A stretch of 64,000 nt of DNA. It comes from Lama guanicoe. Lineage: Eukaryota. The position numbers and the translations under genes are program-made. Under the pieces are notes generated by a model. That model ran no database searches and was not told the origin of the DNA. It was given only the letters and a program-made list of their open reading frames with translations. Location of the stretch: NCBI GenBank assembly GCA_013239625.1, contig MU053209.1:111456-175455 (forward strand). Reading direction: 5' to 3'. Below, in pieces: positions 41,588 to 55,451 of this stretch (within the stretch, counting starts at the first letter, position 1; each line of letters opens with the position of its first letter).

Positions 41588-42948
41588 AGAAAAAAAGCTC
41601 GATATGTTTATATCAGATGGACTCCAATACATCATATAGGATTTACCAACTTAGTTCTACAACAGAAAGAAAAATATGTAAATAGTGGAAGGTAAGACAG
41701 GGAAATTCCTCTTATGAGAATTTTAGAATAGTCACATATCAATATTAATACAGTTCATATTTTTTAAATGCTTCCTGATTTGAGGTCTTACATTTAAAAA
41801 GTGATTTGACTGAAGAAAGACACCAGAGGAATTTTGTTTTAGTGCATACTTCTTTTTGGAACTTAGTGGCAATGGGTGAATGACGGTACATCTACTAGCA
41901 TCATTTCAGTTTTGCTTATTGCATGCTATTTTCAAATGGTTCCCTAGTCAGGGAATACTTCTGGAGTCACTGCTTATTTGAGATCATTAGAAAAGATATA
42001 TTGATTTTCATTTCTACACCAACCACGTAGGTGTAAGCTAGTTTGCATGTAAAATAATTCATCCCTGTTGAAGTTAAGCCCAGGAGGTGAATGTACTACA
42101 GTAGCTATAAAATACATCATTAGATCTTTCGTTTATACTTGTATATAATTATGTCAAATGTCTTATTACTGGCTAACGGCTTTCTTTTTTCCCTAAAGTG
42201 GCTTATGTTATAGCTTTCATGAGAATGTGTTTACCATGTGTCATAAATTCTGATTTATAATAAAGTTCTAAATCTTTCTAATCAGAAATACATGGTAATA
42301 AATAAAAGGACATTCAAATGACTTCAACATTATTTCCTGTGTTTCTATTCTTCTAAATCAGTTGTTACTTCTCAACTCTCCTGGCTGGGTCTCTATTTCA
42401 AACTCTACCACGTGGACATAGATGGACATACCTTTCAAATTAAAGTTTGGAACGTCAAGTTGGGGGTATTTTGTAGGTACCAAGGACAAACCTGACTGTT
42501 GTCGAATTTTCCATGATAGTTAATTATAACAACTTTCACATATGGTGTGAAAATTAATGTTACAATTATTGCCTTCTTATGTAAATTTTAGAATAATATT
42601 TAATAATTGATAAAATATTGTGGGTTTATGAAACCAATTTTGTCAAAATCTTTTTGTGAGTTTCAGGTAAACTGATGTTTTTCTTATATTATGTCTTCAA
42701 TATATGAATAGGTTATCTCTCTCCTTTTGTTTCAATCTTCCTTGATTTCTTTTTTTATGATTTGACATCATAATATGTAATGTTTCAGGTAACAGTATTT
42801 ACTACTACTGCTGTTGGGTAAATAAAAGTCTTAGTGTGAACTGAATGCTTTAGGAGGGTTCTGTGGCTTTTTAAATGCTCATGTAACATAATGGAATAGG
42901 ATTCAGAAGAAAATGCAAATACTATCTCGGTCTTTATAACATTGAGAA

Positions 42949-43751
42949 TGGACCCAGAGATGGCAATTCATTCAACAGTTCTCCAGATTTACTAAGATGA
43001 GCTCCAGAATCCCAGCATCCTAACTCCCATGGGATTTTCTTCCTACTGGGTCACCAAAGGGACCAACCAAGCAGAGAGTTGCTCTGCCATCTCGTGGCTG
43101 TCAGTGCCTCCACTCTGCCTGTCAGGGTGCAGCGTGAAGTATACTGATACACAGCAGCCCACTGCTGTCCCCTGACAGTGTTGAGTAGTAAACTGTAAAA
43201 CTTAGTCAACAATTCCATCTGGAGGAAAATCTAAACTATTACATGTGCAAGTCTTCACTTTGTGATTTTATCTAACATATGTAATGAGTTAAAAAAAANN
43301 NNNNNNNNNNNNNNNNNNNNNNNNNNNNNNNNNNNNNNNNNNNNNNNNNNNNNNNNNNNNNNNNNNNNNNNNNNNNNNNNNNNNNNNNNNNNNNNNNNNN
43401 NNTGGACCCAGAGATGGCAATTCATTCAACAGTTCTCCAGATTTACTAAGATGAGCTCCAGAATCCCAGCATCCTAACTCCCGTGGGATTTTCTTCCTAC
43501 TGGGTCGCCAAAGGGACCAGCCAAGCAGAGAGTTGCTCTGCCATCTCGTGGCTGTCAGTGCCTCCACTCTGCCCGTCAGGGTGCAGCGTGAAGTACGCTG
43601 ATACACAGCAGCCCACTGCTACCCCCTGGCAGTGTTGAGTAGTAGACTGTAAAACTTAGTCAACAATTCCATTTGGAGGAAAATCTAAACTATTACATGT
43701 GCAAGTCTTCACTTTGTGATTTTATCTAACACATGCAATGAGTTAAAAAAA
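42949..43751 (+). repeat. Gap-flanking 350-bp duplication (42949-43298 and 43403-43751; gap 43299-43402)
   Basis: Direct alignment; 13 substitutions. Confidence 0.95.
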
Positions 43752-43844
43752 TCAGACAGCAAGTGAACTTCATCCCCTCATGTACATGTACGTGTACTAG
43801 AGGTTATAGCAGTGATATTTTGGCTTTGGGCCACGTGTTCGTTC

Positions 43845-45790
43845 CTTGAATTCTTTGATCCATGTTTTGTAGTTTTCAGCACTCAAGACTTGCACATTCT
43901 TTGTTAGATTTATACCTAGTAATTTCATTTTTTGAGTGACTGTAAATGGTAATATATTTTAGAATTCAGTGCATGTGTCCCTCATTATTATATAAAAATA
44001 AAATGATTTTTCATGTTTATCTTGTATCCTAAAAACATTGTAAACTTATTTATTATTTTTAACAATATTTTTAAGAATTTTTGATTTCTTGAGATTTTGT
44101 ATACACATAATTATGTCATCTGCAAATAGTGACAGTTTTACTATTTTAAATTTGTATGCATTTTTTTTCTTTTCTTGAGTTTTTGCACTGGCTAGAACTC
44201 CCTGCAGGTTGGTGAGTAAGAGAACAGTCATCCTTGGCTTGTTCCCAATGACAGGAGGCAACATTCAGTCCTTCCCTGTTAAGTGTAACACTAGCTGGAG
44301 GCCTTGTCTTTACTTTTCTTGGGAACCACACTGACTAGAATTTCCACTACAATGTTAAATAGCAAAGGTGAGAACTGACATTCTTGTCCTGTTCCTGATC
44401 TTAACAGGAAAGTATCCAGTATTTTATCATCAAGTATAATGTTAGCTCTGGGTTATTCATAGGTTCTCTTTATTAAGTTCAGGGATTTTCCATCTAGATT
44501 GTGAAAGCTTTTATCATGAAAGAGTGCTGGATTTTGTCAAATGCTCTTTCTGTATCTACTGATATGATCATGTAATATTTGTTTATTCTACTGACATGAC
44601 ACAGTACATTAATTGATTTCTGGATATTCAACCAACCTCGTATCTTTGGAATAAATCTTACTTGTATCTAATTTTTTTTAGCATTCTGCCAGATTTAGTT
44701 TTTGAAGATTTTGTTGAGGACATTTGCATCTATATTCATAAAATATATTTGTCTGTAGTTTTTTATTCCCCCTCTTGGGATGTCTTTAATAGTTTTGGTA
44801 TCAGAGTAGAATTCACTTTATACAACAATTTGGAAAACATTCTCTCCTATGTTTTGAAAAAGTTTGTGAAATTGGTATTTATGTTTATTTATAAGTTTGA
44901 TAGAATTTAGCAAGTCTGGGCCTCAGTTTTGCTTTGTGGGTAGTATTTAAATTTCTGTTTTATTATTACTAATAATAAATACATATAAGAATAAATACAA
45001 TTTTATTACTATTTTAATCTCTTCACATGTTCTAGATCCATTCACTTTGTCAATTTCTTATTATTTAAGTGTTTTTGGTGGTTTGTATCTTTCAAGGAAT
45101 AGGTCCATTTTACCTGAGAAATTTACTGCCATACAATTTTTCATAGTGTTCTTGTATAATCCTTGCTATTTCTGTAAGGACCATAATAATGTTTCCTCTT
45201 TTATATCTGACCTAGTTATTAGAGGCTTCTTTCATTTCTCTTGGAAATATACATAAAATTGTATCAAGCTTACTGATTTTTTTCAAAGAAACAATTTTCG
45301 GTTTCACTTATTTTTTTTTTATTTTTATTATTTAGTACTGATGTATAATATTTCATTTCACCTTCTTGCTTTAGGTTCAGTTTGCTTTTCATTTTTCCAG
45401 TCTCTTAAGGTGGAAGGTTAAGTATTTAGTAGAAATCTATTTTCCTTTTCAATATAGGCATTCACAGCCTAAATTTCACTTTATGTGCTGCTTCAGCTTT
45501 ACCTCATATGCTTTATGTTGTGCTTTGATTTTCAAAGATTCAAAATTTATTTCAACTTATTTTATGATTTCCCCATTTATATCATCTTTGATTCATTTGT
45601 TAATTAGGAGTGTATTAAATTTCCACATATTTGTCAGTTCCCATTTTTTTCCTTGTTTTTGCTTTCTAATTTCATACCACTGTGGTCAGAGAATATACTG
45701 CATATTATTTCCATGATTTAAAATTTATTGAAGTTTGTTTTGTGGCTTAGCATGTCCTCTGGAGAATATTCTAGGCTCCCTTTAGTAGAC
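43845..45790 (-). mobile_element. Old L1M ORF2 fragments, antisense (at least two pieces, junction near 44310)
   Basis: Minus ORFs read LSLFADDIIMCIQN; tcatctgcaaatagtgacagtttt; cttgtcctgttcctgatcttaacaggaaag; ggattttgtcaaatgc. Confidence 0.85.
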
Positions 45791-47094
45791 TATATATATG
45801 CTAGATCAATTACATGTTAAAATTCAATATGTTTCTCCAACTAGGCATTCTATTCTCTTTCATTAACTGTCCTGTTTCACCATGCATGTATACCAATATA
45901 TATTTTTTCTTAATTATATTATACATATAACAGGCTGTTCTGCTCTCTCATCTATGGTTATTTTTCTCTAAGTAGTCTTCTTTTTTCAGAACCATTCTGA
46001 ACTTTATAATTAGGTTATCCATCAAATGGAACCACAATAACTGTAAATTTACTTCTTAGAGTAGTGAAATATTTTAATACTGAATCTGCCCACATAAAGT
46101 TTAGGTATGACAGTCCATATTTCCATGATTCACAAGTAGGAGAATTGAAAGATTTCACATTATGGATATTTAACAAATTTCTATTGTAAGTACAACCTTT
46201 CTATTTTCATATAAGAAATTTATCAAATTTACAATTATGCTGACAATTTTTCATATCACTTCTCATAATGTTTTGATAGTTCACATGACTGCTATAATCA
46301 TTCTATCACTGACAAATATTGATTTACTTTTATTAATTTCAAATTTTGTATCATTCATTCCCCTGATATAATTGTTTAGGTTATAGCACCCAGACCAGCG
46401 TTACACAGTATTAGTGATAGCTGTTTTGCCTGCTGCTCAAGGGAAGTGCGAGACATTGGCATGTGTATCAAGCACCATTAGTTTCAAGTAATCAAATGAT
46501 AAGCATATCAGATGTAGCAGCAAGATAAATACTGCATAAATCACCACATATAAATATATTTTTATTTAAAAAACATTTTTATCGAAAGAAATATTTAATT
46601 GCATTAAATCTGTTTGGCATCAGTTGAAATGATTTTTTTAAATTTTACTTTTGACCAGATAATAATGTGAAAAATAGATACAGATTCTAAACACTTAACA
46701 ATTATTGAACCACAGGTGTAAATTCTACTTGGCCATGGTATACTATTATTTTCATGCTGCTACACTGCTTTTGCTAATATTTCCTATGGGAAACATATTT
46801 GAGAAACAAAAATAACCAACCAAAAAATAGACATTATCTCTGGATTGATCAACGAAAAATATTTTGTTTATAATATTGTCTACCATGGGTTGAAAGCTCT
46901 GTGTCAAGACGTAAGTACACGAGTTAATAAGTTTTTATCTTATAATTACTTGTTTAAGATAAAATATCATAATTTTTGTGAATTTAGGTAACATATGGTA
47001 GCAAACATGACATTTTCATTAACGTTTTCTGGCCAGTGACAATGACACAGTTGCCGTGTAACCAATATATCATACCAAGTTTGCGTTATTTGTC

Positions 47095-50000
47095 ATTTAC
47101 TCCTTACAACAAATCTGCGAGGGAAGCATTTTACAAGTACTGTTTATTAGGAATCAGTCTGATTCAGTTTATGACATTTCAAAATTATAAGCCTATGGTC
47201 CTGAGATTTTATCCTGTGTCCATATCACTCTAACATTCATGCTTTCTACCATTAATCTCACTGCTCTTTGTTCCCTTTTTATAAAAAACAAAATATTTTT
47301 CTCTACGTAGTATAATTGAAATACGGTCCTGAGTGATGAATAATATATTGTTAATTTTGTGCTTTCCTCCACATTGATGATATGAAAATTTTGCTATTAA
47401 CCATGTTATTATTATTATTATTATTATTAATTATTATTATTTTAACATTCAATAGATTATGGAGAGCCTAATGAAGATTAATAAGTAGAACTAATTTGTT
47501 ACTGATGCACCATTATCCCAACTGCAAGGCTGCAAATTTGGCTTCTCTTGCAGAAGCAAATGCTTTCAGAATATGGAGTGACAAGTATCAAAAGATTATT
47601 GTCACTATTCAAAGCTTAAACTGCAGCCCGTCAAATATTACCTGGGTTTTTATGATCGCTCCTTTGTTATTCTCCCTGTCTTCTTCATAGCCTTTCATTA
47701 GATCAGCACCAGAGGTGATCCACACTGATTAAAAATTATGACACTTCATTTTCATAATAGAGACTCATTTCAATTCTACAACCAAAAGACTGGGAATGAA
47801 AAGAAAAAAATCTCAGTAAAAAGCCTGTCATCAAAGAAGAATACTTTACACATCTGAGCTGACAGTCAAACCACAAACAAAAAAAATTCTAAGAGGCTCA
47901 TATTCTGACCACAGATTTATATGTTTTGAAATTCAATCATCTATTATGTAGAAATACTGTTTTCAGATTTCTTCATGTCCTGAAGACCTTGGCTTATACA
48001 CTCTTTCATTTACAAATGAGATGAAATTATCTCTCATTGCCTCTTAAATGACTGGGACAAACATGAAAATGATTGATAATTTGTGCAAATCAGTTTTACT
48101 CAGCTACAAATCCTAAAGTCTTGAGGCCAGAGTCAGATTCAGGTCTGACTCTTTGCTGGCCAATGAAAACAAAGTTTCTGTGAGTATTATAAAGAGCATC
48201 CTCCTTAATTAAATTATGGATGATCTTGAACTGTCTAGATTTTATAACCAGTGCACAGAGTAATCCTTTGTCACTGCATGCAAGTGGAGCGATAGCCTGG
48301 CTGTCTCTGACATCGCACGTCCCACCGTGTGCAGCAATCCATGTACATAGACAGTCTTAACAGTTTTCTTGCCTGAGAAGGCAGACTTGGTGATGTTACC
48401 TTTGAGAGGTTGCATAGTATCATGGTTACTCATCAGTTCATGTGCCAGATTGCCTGGGGTAACAATGTTGATGTTACTGTGCGACTTTAGAAATTAATGT
48501 ATATTCTCAAAGGATTAGTTCCCAATTTGAAAAATTAATATTGTTTTAACATCTAGTTATAGGATTTTTTGTGCAGATTAAATAAGTTACTATAAAGTGT
48601 CTAGAAATATGCCTGGCTCATAGTAGGTGCATAATACAGGAGTGGTGGTTTAAAAATATGTACTCAAATTATTTGATAATTGGGTGGAACCTAATTCCCC
48701 AACCCGTGAGTGTGGCCAGACTCAGTGACTGGCTTCTAGTGAGTAGGGCTGTAGGAATAACAATTTCTATTTTCTTAGGCTAGGTCATGAGGCATTCTAA
48801 TTTTCATCTCATTCTTTTTTGGGTCACTTGCTATGGGAGAAGCCAGCTGCTGTGTTAAGAGGACAATCAGGCAACTCTGTAGCAGGACCAAATGGCCATG
48901 ATGTAAAGCCTCCTGTCAGCATCGAATAAGGACCTGACGCATCCTGCGAATATTCTGATTGGAGAAAGCCATGCATACTCCCAGCTAACATGTTTTTGAG
49001 TACCTGCTTTATAGAAAATGTGAGACAATGAAAGTTTATTGTTTTAAGAAACTAAGTTTAGGGCATAATTGGTTATGTAGCAATAGAGAATTATATTCAA
49101 TGTCTTAGCTATTGTTGGTATTATTTTCCTGCTAACATTTCTCAACTAGGCCCAGAGAACTATTTTTCAGAACGTGGTTCATGCTGATCTGCACAAAGAA
49201 AACCCAGATGGTTTAATTGGTGAATTCTATCAAACTTTGAAATAATTAACATAAATTCTTCACGAACTATTCAAAAAAAAAAAATTTACTCCTTACAACA
49301 AATCTGCGAGGGAAGCATTTTACAAGTACTGTTTATTAGGAATCAGTCTGATTCAGTTTATGACATTTCAAAATTATAAGCCTATGGTCCTGAGATTTTA
49401 TCCTGTGTCCATATCACTCTAACATTCATGCTTTCTACCATTAATCTCACTGCTCTTTGTTCCCTTTTTATAAAAAATAAAATATTTTTCTCTATGTAGT
49501 ATAATTGAAATACGGTCCTGAGTGATGAATAATATATTGTTAATTTTGTGCTTTCCTCCACATTGATGATATGAAAATTTTGCTATTAACCATGTTATTA
49601 TTATTATTATTATTATTAATTATTATTATTTTAACATTCAATAGATTATGGAGAGCCTAATGAAGATTAATAAGTAGAACTAATTTGTTACTGATGCACC
49701 ATTATCCCAACTGCAAGGCTGCAAATTTGGCTTCTCTTGCAGAAGCAAATGCTTTCAGAATATGGAGTGACAAGTATCAAAAGATTATTGTCAATTGTAT
49801 TTTTGTGTCAGATAATGTTTTGCCTAAATTTTCTTCTAGGAGGTTTACTGTATCTTCTCTTATGTTTAAGTCTTTTACATCTTAAAAATGTCCTCCTAGA
49901 AGAGTGTACTCAAGTCAAGCAAAAAGCCTGTCATCAAAGAAGAATACTTTACACATCTGAGCTGACAGTCAAACCACAAACAAAAAAAATTCTAAGAGGC

Positions 50001-51349
50001 TCATATTCTGACCACAGATTTATATGTTTTGAAATTCAATCATCTATTATGTAGAAATACTGTTTTCAGATTTCTTCATGTCCTGAAGACCTTGGCTTAT
50101 ACACTCTTTCATTTACAAATGAGATGAAATTATCTCTCATTGCCTCTTAAATGACTGGGACAAACATGAAAATGATTGATAATTTGTGCAAATCAGTTTT
50201 ACTCAGCTACAAATCCTAAAGTCTTGAGGCCAGAGTCAGATTCAGGTCTGACTCTTTGCTGGCCAATGAAAACAAAGTTTCTGTGAGTATTATAAAGAGC
50301 ATCCTACTTAATTAAATTATGGATGATCTTGAACTGTCTAGATTTTATAACCAGTGCACAGAGTAATCCTTTGTCACTGCATGCAAGTGGAGCGATAGCC
50401 TGGCTGTCTCTGACATCGCACGTCCCACCGTGTGCAGCAATCCATGTACATAGACAGTCTTAACAGTTTTCTTGCCTGAGAAGGCAGACTTGGTGATGTT
50501 ACCTTTGAGAGGTTGCATAGTATCATGGTTACTCATCAGTTCATGTGCCAGATTGCCTGGGGTAACAATGTTGATGTTACTGTGCGACTTTAGAAATTAA
50601 TGTATATTCTCAAAGGATTAGTTCCCAATTTGAAAAATTAATATTGTTTTAACATCTAGTTATAGGATTTCTTGTGCAGATTAAATAAGTTACTATAAAG
50701 TGTCTAGAAATATGCCTGGCTCATAGTAGGTGCATAATACAGGAGTGGTGGTTTAAAAATATGTACTCAAATTATTTGATAATTGGGTGGAACCTAATTC
50801 CCCAACCCGTGAGTGTGGCCAGACTCAGTGACTGGCTTCTAGTGAGTAGGGCTGTAGGAATAACAATTTCTATTTTCTTAGGCTAGGTCATGAGGCATTC
50901 TAATTTTCATCTCATTCTTTTTTGGGTCACTTGCTATGGGAGAAGCCAGCTGCTGTGTTAAGAGGACAATCAGGCAACTCTGTAGCAGGACCAAATGGCC
51001 ATGATGTAAAGCCTCCTGTCAGCATCGAATAAGGACCTGACGCATCCTGCGAATATTCTGATTGGAGAAAGCCATGCATACTCCCAGCTAACATGTTTTT
51101 GAGTACCTGCTTTATAGAAAATGTGAGACAATGAAAGTTTATTGTTTTAAGAAACTAAGTTTAGGGCATAATTGGTTATGTAGCAATAGAGAATTATATT
51201 CAATGTCTTAGCTATTGTTGGTATTATTTTCCTGCTAACATTTCTCAACTAGGCCCAGAGAACTATTTTTCAGAACGTGGTTCATGCTGATCTGCACAAA
51301 AACTTTGAAATTTAACATAAATTCTTCACGAACTATTCAAAAAAAAAAA
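47095..51349 (+). repeat. About 2.2-kb tandem duplication (47095-49283 and 49284-51349) with structural differences
   Basis: Direct alignment; about 4 substitutions, a 213-bp to 127-bp replacement, and a 35-bp deletion in copy 2. Confidence 0.95.
48641..49100 (+). mobile_element. MaLR MLT1-like LTR (second copy about 50743-51202)
   Basis: ggctaggtcatgagg...tgggagaagccagctgctgtgt...tgtgagacaatgaaagtttattgttttaag...ttatgtagcaataga. Confidence 0.75.
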
Positions 51350-51893
51350 GTGGAAATACTTCCTAACTTTGTGTGAGGCCATTATTACTCTGATACCAAA
51401 ACAAGATATCACAAGAGTAAAACAAAACAAAACAAAACTGCATACCAATATTCCTTATGAAAAGGCTAGAAATTAAAAAAAAAAAGAAACTAGAAAACTA
51501 AACCCAGTAAAATATAAAAAGGATTATACAACCTTACCAAGTAGGATTTATCTCAGGTGTAAAAGATTGGTTTAACATTTCAAAATCATCAATGTAACGT
51601 AACAAATTATATTAGAATTATAATAGAATATTCTGTTATAATCACATAAAGCACATAAAAAACACATGATTGTCTCAAGGGATGAAAGAGAACTCTAGAG
51701 TAAAGTAACATATTTTCAAGATAAGCATGCTGAAAAAATTAGGAACTTCCTCAAACTGATAATGAGCACCTACAAAAGCACACAAACAAAACAGCCCACA
51801 GCTAATATGATGCTTAATGGTGAAATGCTTTTTCCATAAGACCAGGGAGACTAGGATGAAGGTTTTTTTGCCATCTCTATTCAATATTGTATT

Positions 51894-53150
51894 TTTGAGA
51901 TGTGTCAGATAATGTTTTGCCTAAATTTTCTTCTAGGAGGTTTACTGTATCTTCTCTTATGTTTAAGTCTTTTACATCTTAAAAATGTCCTCCTAGAAGA
52001 GTCTACTCAAGCAATAGAAATAAAAGCAAGAATAAACAAATGGGACCTAATGAAACTTACAAGCTTCTGCACAGCAAAGGAAACCAGAAGTAAAACAAGA
52101 AGACAACCTATGGAATGGGAAAAATTTTTTGCAGATGAAACCAACAAAGGCTTGATCTCCAGAATATATAAGCAGCTCATACAACTTAATAAGAAACAAC
52201 TAAACAACTCAATCCAAAAATTGGCCAAACACCTAAACAAGCAATTCTCCAAGAAGACATACAAATGATCAATAAGCACATGAAAAAATGCTCCATATCA
52301 CTAATTATCAGAGTAATGCAAATCAAAACTACAATGAGGTATCACCTCACACCAGTCAGATTGGCCATCATACAAAAATCCACAAGTGACAAATGCTGGA
52401 GAGGCTGTGGAGAAAGGGGAACCCTCCTACACTGCTGGTGGGAATGCAGTTTGGTGCAGCCACTGTGGAAAACAGTATGGAGATTCCTCAAAAGACTAGG
52501 AATAGACTTACCATATGACCCAGGAATCCCACTCCTGGGCTTGTATCCAGAAGGAACCCTACTTCAGGATGACACCTGCACCCCAGTGTTCATAGCAGCA
52601 CTATTTACAACAGCCAAGACATGGAAACAGCCTAAATGTCCATCAACAGATGACTGGATAAAGAAGAGATGGTATATTTATACAATGGAATACTACTTAG
52701 CCATAAAAACCGACAACATAATGCCATTTGCAGCAACATGGATGCACCTGGAGAATGTCATTCTAAATGAAGTAAGCCAGAAAGAGAAAGAAAAATACCA
52801 TATGAGATCACTCATATGTGGAATCTAAAGAAAAACAAAAAACAAAAACAACAACAACAACAAAAAAATAAATACAAAACAGAAATAGACTCATAGACAT
52901 AGAATACAAACTTGTGGTTACCAAGGGGGCAGAGGGTGGGAAGGGATAGATGGGATTTCAAAATTGTAGAATAGATAAACAAGATTATACTGTATAGCAC
53001 AGGGAAATATACACAAGATCTTATAGTAGCTCACAGAGAAAAAAATGTCTCAATGAATATATTTATATTTATGTATGACTGAAAAATTATCCTACACTGG
53101 AATTTGACACAACATTGTAAAATGATTATAAATCAATAAAAAATTTAAAA
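51894..53150 (+). mobile_element. Young 5'-truncated LINE-1 with 5' inversion and 11-bp TSD
   Basis: TSD aatattgtatt at 51883-51893 and 53151-53161; antisense ORF2 at about 51894-51972, sense from 51974; aataaa plus A tail at 53135-53150. Confidence 0.95.
51974..52828 (+). pseudogene. L1 ORF2p C-terminal fragment, one frameshift near 52250-52265
   Basis: [34 protein letters not shown], Cys-rich [30 protein letters not shown] are canonical L1 ORF2p motifs. Confidence 0.95.
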
Positions 53151-53715
53151 AATATTGTATTGAAGGTTGTAAGGAAGGAATTAGACAAAAACAATAAATA
53201 AAAAGCATCCAGATAAGATTATAACTATCTCTTTCCATTAAGGATATCATCATGTATAGAGGTGACAAAAATAAAGGGGTCCACTAAAAACAAAGCCTAC
53301 TAACTCTAATAAACACGTTCTACAAGGCTACAACATAAAAGATCATTATTCAGAAATCAACAGTATTTATAACAGTATTTATAAACATTACATGTTTATA
53401 ACATGAAAATCAAGGTAGAACACTGCAATTTAAAACAGCATCTAAAATAAAATAATCATAAATAAATTTAACAAAAAGGTCAAAGTTTTTACTCTGAAAG
53501 CCACAGGACACTGTAGCAAGTTATCAATGGACACCCAAATGAATTGTCAAACGTTCCACGTTTATGGATGAGAGGATTTCATTTGTTAAGGTGGCGATCC
53601 TCTCACAATTGATCTACAGAACCCATGTGATCTTGATCAAAAACCCAATTCATTTTGCAGTAACTGACAAGCTGATCCTGAAACTGATCTAGAAATGTAG
53701 GTGAGCCGGAATAGC

Positions 53716-53718
53716 CAA

Positions 53719-53761
<43 letters not shown>

Positions 53762-55408
53762 CAAATTTGGATGACTCACATATTACTATTTCAAAATTTA
53801 CTTAGATATAAAACTTAGTTACAATTTATAGTGATCAAGACCATGGGAACTCAGCAGAGAGACAGACATGTACAATTGAGAGTCCTAGCTGAACCACCAT
53901 ACGTATTATCAACTTATTTTCCATAAAGAGGGCAAGACAATTCCATGATGGAATGAATAGTCTTTTCAAAAACAGTACTTGAGGGGATTGGAAAAATGTG
54001 GTCAAATGGTACAAACTTTCAGTTATAAAGTAAGTACTAGAGATGTAATTTATAACATGATTAATATAATTAACACTGTTGTCTGTTATACATGAAAACT
54101 GTTCAGAGGGTACATCCTAAGCATTCTCATCCCAGGGAATTTTTTTTCTTTCATTTTGTAACTATATGAAATAATGGATGTTCACTAAACTTATTGTGGT
54201 CATCACTGCATGATGTACGTAAGCCAAATCATTATGCTGTATGTCTTAAACTTGTACAGTGCTGTATGTCAATTATATCTCAATAAAACTCAGAGAAAAA
54301 AATGGTGTTTGATAATTGGATATATGCATGAACAAGAATCAATTGGTCCCTGACCTTATAGCATACACAAAATTAAAATTACCCACTAAAATGTATTAAA
54401 GGCCTTAATGTAAAATGTTAAAACTATAAAACTCTTACAGGAAAATATGAGTTAATATTTCTGATCTTTCACTGGGAAATGTCTTAGGACACCAAAAGCA
54501 CAAATGATAAAAGAAAATAAATAGATAAAATTTTACTTCATAAACATTGAGAACTTTTACACCTGAAAAGACATTATTAAGAAAGTACAAATTCAACACA
54601 GGAGTAAGATAAAATATTTACAAATATTATATCTCAGAAGAAATCCATGTCTAGGATTTTAAAAAATATTTAGAACTCAACAGTACAAAAAATAACCTAA
54701 TTTTTTAACTCTCAGTTCATAAGACTGTAAAATGGTANNNNNNNNNNNNNNNNNNNNNNNNNNNNNNNNNNNNNNNNNNNNNNNNNNNNNNNNNNNNNNN
54801 NNNNNNNNNNNNNNNNNNNNNNNNNNNNNNNNNNNNNNNNNNNNNNNNNNNNNNNNNNNNNNNNNNNNNNNNNNNNNNNNNNNNNNNNNNNNNNNNNNNN
54901 NNNNNNNNNNNNNNNNNNNNNNNNNNNNNNNNNNNNNNNNNNNNNNNNNNNNNNNNNNNNNNNNNNNNNNNNNNNNNNNNNNNNNNNNNNNNNNNNNNNN
55001 NNNNNNNNNNNNNNNNNNNNNNNNNNNNNNNNNNNNNNNNNNNNNNNNNNNNNNNNNNNNNNNNNNNNNNNNNNNNNNNNNNNNNNNNNNNNNNNNNNNN
55101 NNNNNNNNNNNNNNNNNNNNNNNNNNNNNNNNNNNNNNNNNNNNNNNNNNNNNNNNNNNNNNNNNNNNNNNNNNNNNNNNNNNNNNNNNNNNNNNNNNNN
55201 NNNNNNNNNNNNNNNNNNNNNNNNNNNNNNNNNNNNNNNNNNNNNNNNNNNNNNNNNNNNNNNNNNNNNNNNNNNNNNNNNNNNNNNNNNNNNNNNNNNN
55301 NNNNNNNNNNNNNNNNNNNNNNNNNNNNNNNNNNNNNNNNNNNNNNNNNNNNNNNNNNNNNNNNNNNNNNNNNNNNNNNNNNNNNNNNNNNNNNNNNNNN
55401 NNNNNAAA

Positions 55409-55451
<43 letters not shown>

